A stretch of 16,851 bases of DNA from Candidatus Dadabacteria bacterium (lineage in GTDB: Bacteria > Desulfobacterota_D > UBA1144 > Nemesobacterales > CSP1-2), in NCBI GenBank assembly GCA_040289575.1, contig PSLL01000009.1, positions 1 to 16,851 on the forward strand, given 5' to 3'. The first letter of the stretch is position 1. Every line of letters starts with the position of its first letter. A program made the translations under genes and the position numbers. Under the pieces are notes generated by a model that ran no database searches, was not told the DNA's origin, and saw nothing but the letters and a program-made list of their open reading frames with translations. Positions 16,575 through 16,851 of the stretch are shown here, piece by piece.

Positions 16575-16851
16575 TATGTGCTAATCTTCCCAAACTATGA
16601 ATATGACCTGTTAAGCCCCGAAAAGCTACTCGATAAGTATGTGGGCAAAGAGGTGAAGCTGTATTATAAAAACCCATACACGGATAAAGAGGAGATTCTA
16701 AAAGCGACACTCCTATCAAATAACGGAGGAAGCCCGATATTTAAAATCGGCAATGACATAACCTTCGGCTATCCGGGAAGAATCATATTCCCTGGAGTCC
16801 CTGAGAATCTCATATCAAAGCCAACCCTCGTTTGGCTCATCCAGAACAACC
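16575..16851 (+). pseudogene. Internal fragment of a DUF4139-type protein gene lacking its 5' part (runs off the window)
   Basis: From 16593: NYEYDLLSPEKLLDKYVGKEVKL...ATLLSNNGG...ITFGYPGRIIFPGVPENLISKPTLVWL, normally an internal segment. No signal peptide or SD upstream. Confidence 0.7.

Noticed and set aside
1..16851. CRISPR arrays, tRNA/rRNA, IS elements, integrases
   Set aside because: No regularly spaced repeats, cloverleaf/T-loop motifs, or transposase/integrase ORFs were found by eye.

Overview
Bacterial chromosomal window of about 16.9 kb, moderately AT-rich and mostly minus-strand. Gene style suggests a deltaproteobacteria-like lineage such as Ca. Dadabacteria, but this is a guess. 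From left to right: (1) the 5' end of an rrf2-sufB-sufC Fe-S assembly operon; (2) an 85-aa orphan resembling a histidine-kinase DHp helix without its His; (3) a Cys-less class-V PLP enzyme and a histidine phosphatase; (4) tolQ-tolR-tolA without adjacent tolB-pal; (5) a CrtQ/HpnB-like GT2, an SDR, a secreted alpha/beta-barrel-like protein, an AcuB-like CBS-ACT protein and a conserved hypothetical; (6) a probable operon of a hypothetical gene, tandem-domain thyX and a degenerate M49 peptidase homolog; (7) a nonsense-disrupted SnoaL-like gene; (8) a sirtuin homolog whose core catalytic motifs are altered but which has consensus sigma70 hexamers; (9) decayed DUF4124 and DUF4139 genes. No rRNA, tRNA, CRISPR array or transposase was seen. 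The best leads are three intact pseudoenzyme-like genes (sirtuin, M49, DHp) and a compact three-way-junction RNA candidate upstream of the suf operon. All family assignments come from motif recognition by eye, not database searches.
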